DNA from: Rhizobacter sp.
GTDB taxonomy: Bacteria > Pseudomonadota > Gammaproteobacteria > Burkholderiales > Burkholderiaceae_C
Assembly: GCA_031385155.1 (NCBI GenBank)
Contig: JANNBF010000085.1
Location: forward strand, 25,949 to 89,948
Direction: 5' to 3'
Length of the DNA: 64,000 bases
The notes under the pieces were generated by a model that was given only the letters and a program-made list of their open reading frames with translations, was not told the origin of the DNA and did not search any database. The translations under genes and the position numbers were made by a program. Shown in pieces: positions 41,002 through 52,378 of the stretch. Positions within the stretch are counted from its first letter, which is position 1. Each line of letters starts with the position of its first letter.

Positions 41002-42096
41002 TTGAACCCACCTCTCACCGCCACCCCGATCACATGGGCCGACGCCGGCCGCGAACAAGCCTTTGCCGCCTGGCTCGGCGCCATCGAAACACGCCACGCG
41101 CTGGCCCGCGACACCCTGCGCAGCGCATCGAGCGACGCGAGCTTTCGGCGCTACTTCCGCATTGATGCCACCGACGGCGCGGCGAGCGGCACGAGCTTCA
41201 TCGTGATGGACGCCCCGCCGCCACTCGAAGACGTGCGCCCGTTCGTCACCGTGGCCGGCCTGTTGCAAGCTGCCGGGCTGAACGCACCGCAGGTCGTCGA
41301 GCAAGACGCCGAGCACGGCTTCCTGCTGCTCACCGACCTGGGCTCGCACCTCTACCTCGACGCACTGAACGAGGCGGTTGCCGCCGGCCACACCGCACAG
41401 CGTGACGCGCTCATGCGCGACGCCATCCGCGCCCTCGTGCAATGGCAGCAGCGAGGGGACGCCAGCGCCCTGCCCCCGTACGACGACGCGCTGCTGCGCC
41501 GAGAGCTGGCGCTGTTTCCCGAATGGTGCGTTGTGCGCGAGCTGGGCGTGGTGTGGTCGCCCGAAGATCAGGCCACGTGGGCGGCGGCTTGCGACGCGCT
41601 GGTGGCCAGCGCACTGGCGCAGCCGACCGTCGCCGTGCACCGCGACTACATGCCGCGCAACCTGATGCTGTGCGGCGCGGGTGCAGGCGATGCGGCGAAC
41701 CCCGGCATCCTCGACTTTCAAGACGCGGTGCGCGGCCCGATCACCTACGACCTGGCCTCGCTGCTGCGTGACGCGTTCATCTCGTGGGAAGAGCCGGACG
41801 AGATCGACTGGGCGGTGCGCTACTGGCAGGCCGCGCGCACGGCCGGGCTGCCGATGCCTGATGACTTCGGCGAGTTCTGGCGCCAGGTCGAGTGGATGGG
41901 CCTGCAGCGCCACCTGAAGGTGCTGGGCATCTTCTGCCGCCTGAAACACCGCGACGGCAAGCCGAAGTACAGCGAAGACCTGCCGCGTTTCTTCGGCTAC
42001 GCGCACAAGGTGGCGGCGCGCTACAACGCGCTGCGGCCGTTGTCGCGCCTGCTGGAGCCGCTGATGGGCGCCGAGCGCGTGGAAGTGTTCGCTTAA
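41002..42096 (+). CDS. amgK: APH-like phosphotransferase, anomeric MurNAc/GlcNAc kinase
   Basis: ASSDASFRRYFR, VMDAPP, LLLTDLG, VHRDYMPRNLM, ILDFQDA, GLQRHLKVLGIF; divergent from lptD as usual. Confidence 0.85.
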   Translation: MNPPLTATPITWADAGREQAFAAWLGAIETRHALARDTLRSASSDASFRRYFRIDATDGAASGTSFIVMDAPPPLEDVRPFVTVAGLLQAAGLNAPQVVEQDAEHGFLLLTDLGSHLYLDALNEAVAAGHTAQRDALMRDAIRALVQWQQRGDASALPPYDDALLRRELALFPEWCVVRELGVVWSPEDQATWAAACDALVASALAQPTVAVHRDYMPRNLMLCGAGAGDAANPGILDFQDAVRGPITYDLASLLRDAFISWEEPDEIDWAVRYWQAARTAGLPMPDDFGEFWRQVEWMGLQRHLKVLGIFCRLKHRDGKPKYSEDLPRFFGYAHKVAARYNALRPLSRLLEPLMGAERVEVFA

Positions 42097-43094
42097 GGCG
42101 AGAACGCCAGCGTCCCCTGCCCGTTGCCACCCGCCGGCTCACGCTGGGTTTCGCAACCGGCCGCCAGCAGCCACGGGTCGCGGTCTTCGCCGCCGAAGGT
42201 GGCCACGAGAAAGTCGACGAACGCGCGGGTGCGGGCCGGCACGTGCTTGCGCGTGGGCATGCCGGCGTACAGCGTGGTGTTCAGCAGGTGCCAGTGCGGC
42301 AGCACGCGCTCGAGCGCGTGCTCCAGCAGCGCGTCTTCGGCCACGAACGACGGCAGCCCGGTGATGCCCATGCCGGCGAGTGCTGCGGCGTAGAGCGTGT
42401 CGGTGTGGGTGGTGCTCAAGGCCGGGCGCGGCGCCGAGATCGTCACGCTCTCAGCTGCGGGCTCGCTGCCCTGCGGCCAGCCGCCCTTGATGAACGTCAG
42501 CTCACGCAGGAAGTTGGGCACCATTGCCTCGTGTTTCAGCAGGTCGGTCGGGTGCTCGGGGCGGCCGTGCCGGTCCAGATACTCCGGTGACGCGCAGGCG
42601 ATGACTTCCGAGCGCGCAAGGCGCCGCGCCACGAAGCTGCCGTCGAGCGGGCGGCGGCCCTCGGTGATGATGCTCACGTCGAAGTTCTCATCCACCGTTT
42701 CCACCGGCCCGGGCACCGACAGCTCGACCGTGACCTGCGGGTACAGCGCGCGAAACTTGGGCAGGTGCTTGGCCAACTGGTGCACCGCGAAGGCCGGCGA
42801 GCACAGCACGCGCAAGTGGCCGCGCGGCTGCGCGCTGGAGGCGGTGGCCAGGGCCTCGGCCTCGTCGACCTCGGTCAGGATGTGGCGCACTCGGTCGAGG
42901 TACAGCTCGCCGGTGTCGGTCAGCGCCAGGCGCCGCGTGGTGCGGTTGATGAGCCGGGCGCCGAGGTGCTCTTCCAGGTCGGCGACCAGGCGCGTCACGA
43001 CCGCCGGCGACAGGTTCAGTTCACGCGCCGCGCGCGCGAAGCTGCCTTCGTCGATCACGCGGGTAAAGACGCGCATGGAATGCAGGCGGTCCAT
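42093..43094 (-). CDS. LysR-family regulator (CrgA/DmlR-like)
   Basis: MDRLHSMRVF...GSFARAA...LEEHLGARLINRTTRRLALT; ASPEYL; RTRAFVDFL. Confidence 0.92.
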   Translation of the reverse strand: MDRLHSMRVFTRVIDEGSFARAARELNLSPAVVTRLVADLEEHLGARLINRTTRRLALTDTGELYLDRVRHILTEVDEAEALATASSAQPRGHLRVLCSPAFAVHQLAKHLPKFRALYPQVTVELSVPGPVETVDENFDVSIITEGRRPLDGSFVARRLARSEVIACASPEYLDRHGRPEHPTDLLKHEAMVPNFLRELTFIKGGWPQGSEPAAESVTISAPRPALSTTHTDTLYAAALAGMGITGLPSFVAEDALLEHALERVLPHWHLLNTTLYAGMPTRKHVPARTRAFVDFLVATFGGEDRDPWLLAAGCETQREPAGGNGQGTLAFSP

Positions 43095-43247
43095 GTTTCA
43101 AGCCCCGGTTTGTTTCTATTTCAGCAATACGCAATTGAACCATAGCTTCTTTATTGATAGACAAGCAATGCCTACAGTTCAAGCCATCGACACGCCACCG
43201 CCTCTACCGTTTGATGCGACGTGCCGAATGAACCGAAGGAAATCACC

Positions 43248-43754
43248 ATGAATGCCAAGCTTCTTTTCGCCGCCACCGTGGCCCTGGCCATCACCAGTTC
43301 GCTCAGCTCGTTCGCCCAGGCGGCCGACGCCACCGCCCCGTTGAGCCGCGCCGACGTCAAGGCCGAGGTGCAACGCGCCATCGCCAGCGGCAGCTTGCCG
43401 GTCACCGAATACAGCCTGTCCTTCGGGGCGCGTGACGCTGCGCTGTCGAGCACCACGACCCGCTCGCAGGTGCTTGCCGATTTGCAGGCCGCGCAGCGAA
43501 CAGCCGGCTACCGCGCCGTGCTGGCCAGCGACTACAACGTCTACCCGACCGAGCAGAACCGGGCAACGAGCGTCACTCGCGCGCAGGTCAAGGCCGAAGT
43601 GGCCCAGGCCATGGCCGACGGCACGCTGCCGGTGTCGGACTATGCCGGCGACGACCAGATCATCAGAACGCACGCCAAGGCCCCGGCCGCGAACCGTGCA
43701 TCCGCGACGCTGGCCCAGCGCCTGAAGGCTGCGCTCAGTCGCGACGCGAGTTGA
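43248..43754 (+). CDS. DUF4148-repeat secreted protein
   Basis: Signal peptide, then three (L/T)(S/T)R(A/S)xVxA(E/D)xxxA repeats; AAGGA RBS; divergent from the LysR gene. Confidence 0.8.
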   Translation: MNAKLLFAATVALAITSSLSSFAQAADATAPLSRADVKAEVQRAIASGSLPVTEYSLSFGARDAALSSTTTRSQVLADLQAAQRTAGYRAVLASDYNVYPTEQNRATSVTRAQVKAEVAQAMADGTLPVSDYAGDDQIIRTHAKAPAANRASATLAQRLKAALSRDAS

Positions 43755-43811
43755 TCGGCATGGGCACGGTCGCAGCCGGCAGTTGACCGCGGACTGAACC
43801 GCTCACCACAG

Positions 43812-43836
43812 AGGCCGCCTTCGGGCGGCCTTCTCC
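43812..43836 (+). terminator. hairpin, probable terminator
   Basis: AGGCCGCC-TTCG-GGCGGCCT stem with a C(UUCG)G loop, followed by TCTCC (weak U tract). Confidence 0.6.
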
Positions 43837-43889
43837 ATGGGCCGGCGAGAATGCGGGGCTGAATTCTTCTCTCCGGATCACCGCCCCAG

Positions 43890-45739
<1,850 letters not shown>

Positions 45740-45743
<4 letters not shown>

Positions 45744-47440
45744 CAAGCACCGCACCGAGCCTGCTGCGCATCACCGACCTGCGCCTGCCGCTGGGGCATG
45801 CCGACGCGGCCTTGCGCGCGGCCATCGTCGTGCGGCTGGGCATCAGCGACGCGGCGCTGACCGGCTTCACCGTCTTCAAGCGCAGCTTCGATGCACGCAA
45901 ACGCACCGCGATCCAGCTGATCTACACGCTCGACTGCACGGTCGTCGATGTGGACGCCGTGTTCGCGCGCCTGCAAGGCGACCCGCACATCCGCCCCACG
46001 CCCGACACCGGCTACCGCTTCATCGGCCACGCACCCGCCGACTTTGCAGCGCGGCAACGCCCGCGCCCGGTCGTGGTCGGCTTCGGGCCGTGCGGCATCT
46101 TCGCGGCGCTGGTGCTCGCACAGATGGGCCTCAAGCCCATCGTGCTGGAGCGCGGCAAGGCGGTGCGCGAGCGCACGAAAGACACCTGGGACTTGTGGCG
46201 CAAGAGCGTGCTGCACCCCGAGTCGAACGTGCAGTTCGGCGAGGGCGGCGCGGGCACGTTCTCGGACGGCAAGCTGTGGAGCCAGATCAGCGACCCGAGG
46301 CACCTGACGCGCAAGGTGTTGACCGAGTTCGTGAAGGCCGGCGCGCCCGAAGAAATCCTCTTCATCGCGAAGCCGCACATCGGCACCTTCCGGCTCGTCG
46401 GCGTGGTCGAGAAGATGCGCGCGGAGATCGAGGCGCTGGGCGGCGAGGTGCGCTTCAACCAGCGTGTGACCGATGTGCTGATCGAGTCTGGCCAGGTGCG
46501 CGGCCTGACCCTGAACGGCGGTGAGCAACTGCTGGCCGACCACGTGGTCATCGCCCTCGGCCACAGCGCGCGCGACACCTTCGCGATGCTGCACGAGCGC
46601 GGCGTGTTCATGGAGGCGAAGCCGTTCTCGGTCGGCTTTCGCGTCGAGCACCCGCAGTCGATCATCGACGCGGCGCGCTTCGGCGCCAGCGCCGGCCACC
46701 CCGTCCTCGGTGCGGCTGACTACAAGCTCGTGCACCACTGCAAGAACGGTCGTTCTGTGTACAGCTTCTGCATGTGCCCGGGCGGCACGGTGGTGGCCGC
46801 CACGTCGGAGCCGGGCCGCGTGGTGACGAACGGCATGAGCCAGTACTCGCGCAACGAACGCAACGCGAATGCCGGCATCGTGGTGGGCATCACGCCGCAG
46901 GACTATCGGCAAGACGGGCTGGCTGGTGGCCCCCGCTCGGATGTCGTCAACCCACTCGACGGCATCATGTTCCAGCGCATGTGGGAATCGCGTGCGTTCG
47001 AGCTCGGCGGCGCAAGCTACGCAGCGCCGGCGCAGTTGGTCGGGGACTTCATCAAGCGCCAGCGTTCGGCCGTGCTCGGCGGCGTGGAGCCGTCGTACCA
47101 ACCCGGCGTGCAGCTCACCGACCTGGGCCAGCCACACAACAGCGCGCTGCCCGACTACGCCGTCGAGGCGATACGCGAAGCGCTGCCCGCGTTCGAGCGC
47201 CAGATCAAGGGCTTCAGCATGGCGGACGCGGTGCTGACGGGCGTGGAGACGCGCACCTCGTCACCGCTGCGCATCACGCGCGGGCGCGATCACCAGAGCC
47301 TCAACGTGCGCGGCCTGTACCCCGCCGGTGAAGGCGCGGGCTATGCGGGCGGCATCATGTCGGCGGGCGTGGACGGCATCGAAGTGGCCGAGTCGCTGGC
47401 GCGGTCGATGCTTGGCCTCGGCCTCGGCGTCGGCACCTGA
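45740..47440 (+). CDS. FAD-dependent oxidoreductase of unknown substrate
   Basis: VVGFGPCG, FGEGGAGTFSDGKL, PHIGT, FCMCPGG, ETRTSSP, YPAGEGAGYAGGIMSA. Confidence 0.88.
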
Positions 47441-48447
47441 ACCCCGCGCGCGGGGCCGGCCTGCAACCGGTCGAAGGCGCGCCGAAGCGCCCGCTGCGCC
47501 GCCGGCGGCTGCACGCTCACACGCACCCGGCCGGGCAGGCCGAAGGAGGCACAGTCGCGCAGGGCGATGCCTTCGCCGCGCAGTGCGGCCAGCGGTATGT
47601 CGCCCGGCCATCGCGCGCAAAAGAAGTTGGCAACGCTGGGCAGCGGCTCGCAACCCATCGCAGTGAACAGCCGCTGCTGCGCGCGCTTCCAGCGCCGCAG
47701 GGTCTCGCGGCTGCGTGACAGCCAGCGCTGCGTTCCGTCATCGGGCCAGGCATCGAGCATGGCCACCGCATGGGCGCCGAGTGGCCAGGACGGCGCCGCC
47801 GCGTCCAACGCCCGCAGCCACGGCCCCGCATCGGCGGGCGCGATGGCATAGGCGCCGCGAACCCCCGTCAGGCCCAGCGCCTTGTTGGGGCTGTGCAGTT
47901 GAAACACCGTGTCCAGCGCGGCGGCGGCCCGACAGCTCTCGCCTTCGAGGCGCAGCGGGGCGTATGCCAGGTCGAGCACTTGCAGCGCATTCGAGCGCCG
48001 CCCGTCGGGGGGCGCGGCCTGGCCGAGCGGGCTCGATGGGTCGCAGTGCCAGACCAGAGCGGCCCCGATCGAACCGTGAACCACGGCCAGCCCCTGCGCC
48101 AGCGCGGCGGCGGCATAGTCGCCGTAGGCATGCGCCGGTACGGCCACTGCGACCGGGCCGGCATCCGCACCAGCGCCCGCACCCGGCGCAAGACGCGCGA
48201 CGACCGCCGTGATGCGCACGATGAACTCGCTGGCGCTGCCGGCGAACACGATGCGCTGCGGCTGCACGCCGTGCCACGCGGCCAGCTTGTGCCTCAAGGC
48301 GCTGTAGTGCGGGTCCGGGTAGCGGGTCACGTCGGCGCGGCGCATGGCTTCAACGACCCCCGGGCACGGGCCGCACGCGTTGGCGTTGGTCGAGAAGTCC
48401 CACCGCGCTGCACCGTCGCTGTTCGGCCCGCCGTGAATGCGGCTCAT
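47341..48447 (-). CDS. threonine-phosphate decarboxylase-like class I/II aminotransferase (CobD/CobC)
   Basis: HGG, DFSTNAN, RYPDP, LDLAY, SPNKALGLTGVRGAY, LRDCASFGL; last gene of the cob operon. Confidence 0.8.
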   Translation of the reverse strand: MSRIHGGPNSDGAARWDFSTNANACGPCPGVVEAMRRADVTRYPDPHYSALRHKLAAWHGVQPQRIVFAGSASEFIVRITAVVARLAPGAGAGADAGPVAVAVPAHAYGDYAAAALAQGLAVVHGSIGAALVWHCDPSSPLGQAAPPDGRRSNALQVLDLAYAPLRLEGESCRAAAALDTVFQLHSPNKALGLTGVRGAYAIAPADAGPWLRALDAAAPSWPLGAHAVAMLDAWPDDGTQRWLSRSRETLRRWKRAQQRLFTAMGCEPLPSVANFFCARWPGDIPLAALRGEGIALRDCASFGLPGRVRVSVQPPAAQRALRRAFDRLQAGPARGVQVPTPRPRPSIDRASDSATSMPSTPADMMPPA

Positions 48448-49895
48448 CAAGCTTCGCGGCCACCCCAGGCGTTCTCGAACACGGCTTCCTCGATGCCGTG
48501 GCCATGCCGCCAGCCCTCGACCTCGAGCATGGGCGCGTCGTAGAACTGGGCGACGGGCCCGAGGCACAACACGGCCAGCGGCTTGGCCCCCACCGGCATG
48601 TGCAGCAGCCGGGCCAGGGCGTCGGGGTCGAACATCGACACCCAGCCCAGCCCGAGGTGCTCGACCCGCGCGGCAAGCCACAGGTTCTGCACCGCGCAGG
48701 CGAGCGAGCAGACGGCCATCTCCTGCGGCAGCGTGCGCCGGCCGAACACCGTGCCGTCGTCGGGCGCCAATGCCGCCACCCACAGCTCGGCGCAGTCGCG
48801 CACGCCTTCGACCTTGAGCCGCAGGAACTCGCCGGCGCGCTCGCCCATGGCTGCTGCGGTAGCCAGCCGCTCGGCTTCGACCAGGGCAGCGATGCCTTCA
48901 CGCAGGCCGGCATCGGTGATGCGGACGAAGCGCCACGGCTGCATCAGGCCGACCGAAGGCGCCCGGTGCGCGGCGCACAGCAGCCGCTCGATGACGGCGC
49001 TCTCGACGTGGCTGCCGGGGCTGAAGTGGCGCATGTCGCGGCGGGCTTCGACCAGCCGGTGAAAGCTGTCGCGCTCGGTGTCGGTGAAACGGTGCATGCC
49101 CGGCTGCGGCAGCCCGCTGCTCAGGGGTGCTGCGGGCGGCCGATAGTCCGCACTCAGGCGCACGGTCTCACCGATGATCAGCAGCCCGGGCTGCGGCCCG
49201 TAGGCGGGGGCCTGCCGCATCAGGTCGATCAAGCTCGTGGCAATGACCGACTGCGTGCGGCGCGTGCCGTCGCGCACGATGGCTGCCGGCGTGTCCGGCG
49301 CCAGGCCGTGCGCGATCAGTTGCTGCGCGATGTGCTCCAGGCGCTGCACACCCATGTAGAACACCCGCGTCTGGCCGGGCCGCGCCAAGGCAGCCCAGTC
49401 TTGCGCGGTGTTGCCCTCGGCCAGGTGGCCGGAGAGAAAGACGCAACTGCTCGCCAGGTCACGGTGGGTCAGCGGGATGCCCGCCGCCGCCGCGCAACCG
49501 CCCGCCGCCGTGACCCCGGGCACCACGTCGCACCCGATGCCTGCCGCCTGCAGCGCCTGCACCTCTTCGCCCCCGCGACCGAACACATACGGGTCGCCGC
49601 CCTTCAGCCGCACCACGCGGCGCCCGGCGCGGGCGTGCACGATGAGCAAGGCGTGGATCCCGTCCTGCGGCACGGCGTGGTCGCCCAGTGCCTTGCCCAC
49701 GTAGACGCGCAACGCGCCGGCCGGGATCAGCGCCAGCACCTCCGGGTCGATGAGCCGGTCGTGCACCACCACCTCGGCCTGCTGGATTCGCTGCAAGGCC
49801 CGCAGCGTCAACAGGTCGGCCGCACCCGGCCCCGCGCCGACGATGCAGACCGTGCCCGGCGCCCACCCGGCCACCGCGATCCCATCAACCGGCAT
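48447..49895 (-). CDS. cobA-bluB: fusion of uroporphyrinogen-III C-methyltransferase (CobA/SUMT) and 5,6-dimethylbenzimidazole synthase (BluB)
   Basis: N-half: VGAGPGAADLLTLRA, RLKGGDPYVFGRGGEE, GIPLTHR. C-half from Met at 49097: RRDMRHF, AHRAPSVGLMQPWRF, LKVEG, QNLWLAAR, GLGWVS. One continuous frame. Confidence 0.88.
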   Translation of the reverse strand: MPVDGIAVAGWAPGTVCIVGAGPGAADLLTLRALQRIQQAEVVVHDRLIDPEVLALIPAGALRVYVGKALGDHAVPQDGIHALLIVHARAGRRVVRLKGGDPYVFGRGGEEVQALQAAGIGCDVVPGVTAAGGCAAAAGIPLTHRDLASSCVFLSGHLAEGNTAQDWAALARPGQTRVFYMGVQRLEHIAQQLIAHGLAPDTPAAIVRDGTRRTQSVIATSLIDLMRQAPAYGPQPGLLIIGETVRLSADYRPPAAPLSSGLPQPGMHRFTDTERDSFHRLVEARRDMRHFSPGSHVESAVIERLLCAAHRAPSVGLMQPWRFVRITDAGLREGIAALVEAERLATAAAMGERAGEFLRLKVEGVRDCAELWVAALAPDDGTVFGRRTLPQEMAVCSLACAVQNLWLAARVEHLGLGWVSMFDPDALARLLHMPVGAKPLAVLCLGPVAQFYDAPMLEVEGWRHGHGIEEAVFENAWGGREA

Positions 49896-50229
49896 GGCCA
49901 GGCCCGCGATGAAACACCAGCTCTTCGACGGGCTGGCCGCCCACCAGGTGCTGCTCGATGATGCGGTCCATGTTGGCAGGCGTCACGTCGTAGTACCAAA
50001 CGCCGTCGGGCTGCACGCACATCACCGGGCCGCCCCTGCAGGCCGCGAAGCAGCTCACGCGGCTGCGCTTCACGCGCAGGTCGCCTTCATGGATACCGGC
50101 CGCCTTGAACTTGTCGCCCAGGCTGTCGAACAACACCTGCGACTGGCCGTCCTGCGTGCAGCGCGACCCGGTGCAGATGAGGATGTGGCGGCGGTAGGCG
50201 CCGATCTTGGGTTTTTCGACGTCGCTCAC
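49885..50229 (-). CDS. thioredoxin-like [2Fe-2S] ferredoxin (CbiW-like)
   Basis: HILICTGSRC...SCFAACRGGPVMCVQPDGVWY...IIEQHLVGG; GTG 50229 after AAGGAG. Confidence 0.85.
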   Translation of the reverse strand: MSDVEKPKIGAYRRHILICTGSRCTQDGQSQVLFDSLGDKFKAAGIHEGDLRVKRSRVSCFAACRGGPVMCVQPDGVWYYDVTPANMDRIIEQHLVGGQPVEELVFHRGPGHAG

Positions 50230-50254
50230 GAGCGCTCCTTCGGTGGGTCGCATG

Positions 50255-52378
50255 TCAGAAGCTCGCGCGCATTGCAATGCGCAGCGTGCGAGGCTCCAGC
50301 GGGTGGATCAATCGGCCATCGATGCCGGCACCGCCATTGCAGGCCGGGCCATCGCTGCGGGTGCAGGCACCACCCCAGTACTCGATGTCATTGGCCTTGC
50401 TGTTGAGTGCGTTCAGCAGGTCGAGCGTGACTTGCAGCGTCGGGCTGATGCGGTAGCCGAGCTTCAGGTTGGTGGTGGCGAATGCTGTGGCCATCTGCGC
50501 GCCCGTTTCTTCGAGCGCGTAGCGGCCGATGTAGCGCCAGCGCACACCACCGAACCACTTGCCGTGGTCGTCAGCGGTGATCGCCACCGAGGCCGACAGC
50601 GGGATCGCGTTGGGCACCTGCATGCCGCCATTCACCGGTTCGTTGAAACGCGCACGCGACCACGCCAGGTCGCCATCCACGAACAGCCAGTGGTTCACCT
50701 GCCAGTCGTTCGACCATTCCACGCCAGCGCGTCTCGACGCGCCTTTGGGCTCGGACACGCCCGCATCGCCGATGAACACCAGCTCCGAGGCCAGCGCCAT
50801 CTGCCACGCCGACAGGCTGGTGTTCCAACCCGGTAGGGGGTTCGCGCGCACGCCGATCTCACTGCCCCGGGCGCGCACCAGCGGTGCGACCTTGTCGATC
50901 ACGCTGCCGTCTCGCGCATTCACTGTGCTGGTGGCGCCGCGCATGTCGTTGCTGTGAAAGCCGCTGCCCCAGTTCGCGTACAGCTCGGTCTGGCCGAGCG
51001 CGCTGAACGGGCCCAGCACCCACGCGAGCTTGGGGCTCACTTGGCGGCCCTGCGCGGTGCCGCCGTTGCCCGCATTGAACACGCCGCCGGTGGGCGTAAC
51101 CGTTGCGCGCACGTGATCGAGGCGCACGCCCGCGCTGCTTCTCAACCACCGCAGCCATTGCGTCCTGGCCTCTGCGTAGACGCCGAGTGCGGTTTGCAGC
51201 GCGCGGTCTTCGCGCACGGTGTTCGTGCGCTGCCGCGCTTCGGTGTCGTAGAGGCCCAAGGTGCCGATCCGGTCCTGCCGCCACTGCGCGCCGAGCGTGG
51301 CCTCGGTCTCGCGCCACGCGGCACCGAGCACCCAGGCGTGCGCCGCCTGCCCGCCCCACACCACGCGCCGATCGGCTTGCTCGTGCTGATCGCCCTGCGG
51401 GCCGTTGATGTAGCCGGATGGGTTGGAGAACAGGTTCAGCCCGTAGCCGATCACATAGGCGCTTGCCTGCGCGTGGCCACTGCCGCTGGGTTGCGCCCAT
51501 TCGCCAGACACGCTGATGCGGTGCGTCTTCCCGCCGTCGCCCGGCACCAGCGCGCCGTAGCGGCCGATCTCACCGGTGGTGATGGCGCGCTCGGGCACAT
51601 GCTCGGTGGCCACCCACTCGGCCCGGTAGGCCATGACCGTCAGCGCATGACCATCGCGCGGCGTGCCGCTGGACAAGCGCACGATGCTGTTGAACTTGCG
51701 CAAGCGCTCGGGCTGACCCCAGGGCCCGTCGTTGGTTTGCAGGTCGACCGCGCCCAGCAACTGCACACCCGCTCCGCCCGCCTCGCGGCTGCCTGCGGCG
51801 AGCAGGCGGCGGTAGTCGTGTGCGCCAAGGCTTGCGTCGATGATCGGCGCCGGCAGGCTGCGTTGGTAGTCGATCCGCGCCGAGCCGGTGGTGGCGAAGT
51901 CGCCGTCCTCGGCAGCGTACACACCCTTCCGATAGCGCATGGCGCTCACCAACTCGGGCATCAGAAAGTTCAGGTCCATGTAGCCCTGGCCATGCGCATG
52001 GCTGGCCATGTTGACCGGCATGCCCATCACCTGAGTTGCAAAGTCGCTGCCGTGGTCGAGGTTGAAGCCGCGCAGGAAATACTGGTTCGCCTTGCCGTCG
52101 CCGGAGTGCTGCGTGACCATCAGGCCGGGCACCGTTTCCATCACCTCGGCCGGGCGCAGCAGCGGGCGGTTGGCGAGTTGCTTCGCGGTGACGATGCCTT
52201 CGGTGGCCGTGTCAGCCACGCCGATCATCTGGTTGCCGCGGCCCATCACGACCACCGTCTCGAGCGTGGAGGTTTGCTGGGCGAAGGCGGAGGAAGCCGC
52301 GAACAACACGAGGGCCCCTGTTCGGTGGTGGCGCACGCGCTGCGATGGCCGCATTCGGCGCGTTGAACGCGATCTCAT
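50255..52378 (-). CDS. TonB-dependent receptor (probable Co/Ni or corrinoid-related uptake)
   Basis: TonB box ETVVV; plug ETVPGLMVTQHSGDGKANQYFLRGFNLDHG; C-terminal F; ATG 52378 overlaps the cbiH stop. Confidence 0.88.
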   Translation of the reverse strand: MRSRSTRRMRPSQRVRHHRTGALVLFAASSAFAQQTSTLETVVVMGRGNQMIGVADTATEGIVTAKQLANRPLLRPAEVMETVPGLMVTQHSGDGKANQYFLRGFNLDHGSDFATQVMGMPVNMASHAHGQGYMDLNFLMPELVSAMRYRKGVYAAEDGDFATTGSARIDYQRSLPAPIIDASLGAHDYRRLLAAGSREAGGAGVQLLGAVDLQTNDGPWGQPERLRKFNSIVRLSSGTPRDGHALTVMAYRAEWVATEHVPERAITTGEIGRYGALVPGDGGKTHRISVSGEWAQPSGSGHAQASAYVIGYGLNLFSNPSGYINGPQGDQHEQADRRVVWGGQAAHAWVLGAAWRETEATLGAQWRQDRIGTLGLYDTEARQRTNTVREDRALQTALGVYAEARTQWLRWLRSSAGVRLDHVRATVTPTGGVFNAGNGGTAQGRQVSPKLAWVLGPFSALGQTELYANWGSGFHSNDMRGATSTVNARDGSVIDKVAPLVRARGSEIGVRANPLPGWNTSLSAWQMALASELVFIGDAGVSEPKGASRRAGVEWSNDWQVNHWLFVDGDLAWSRARFNEPVNGGMQVPNAIPLSASVAITADDHGKWFGGVRWRYIGRYALEETGAQMATAFATTNLKLGYRISPTLQVTLDLLNALNSKANDIEYWGGACTRSDGPACNGGAGIDGRLIHPLEPRTLRIAMRASF

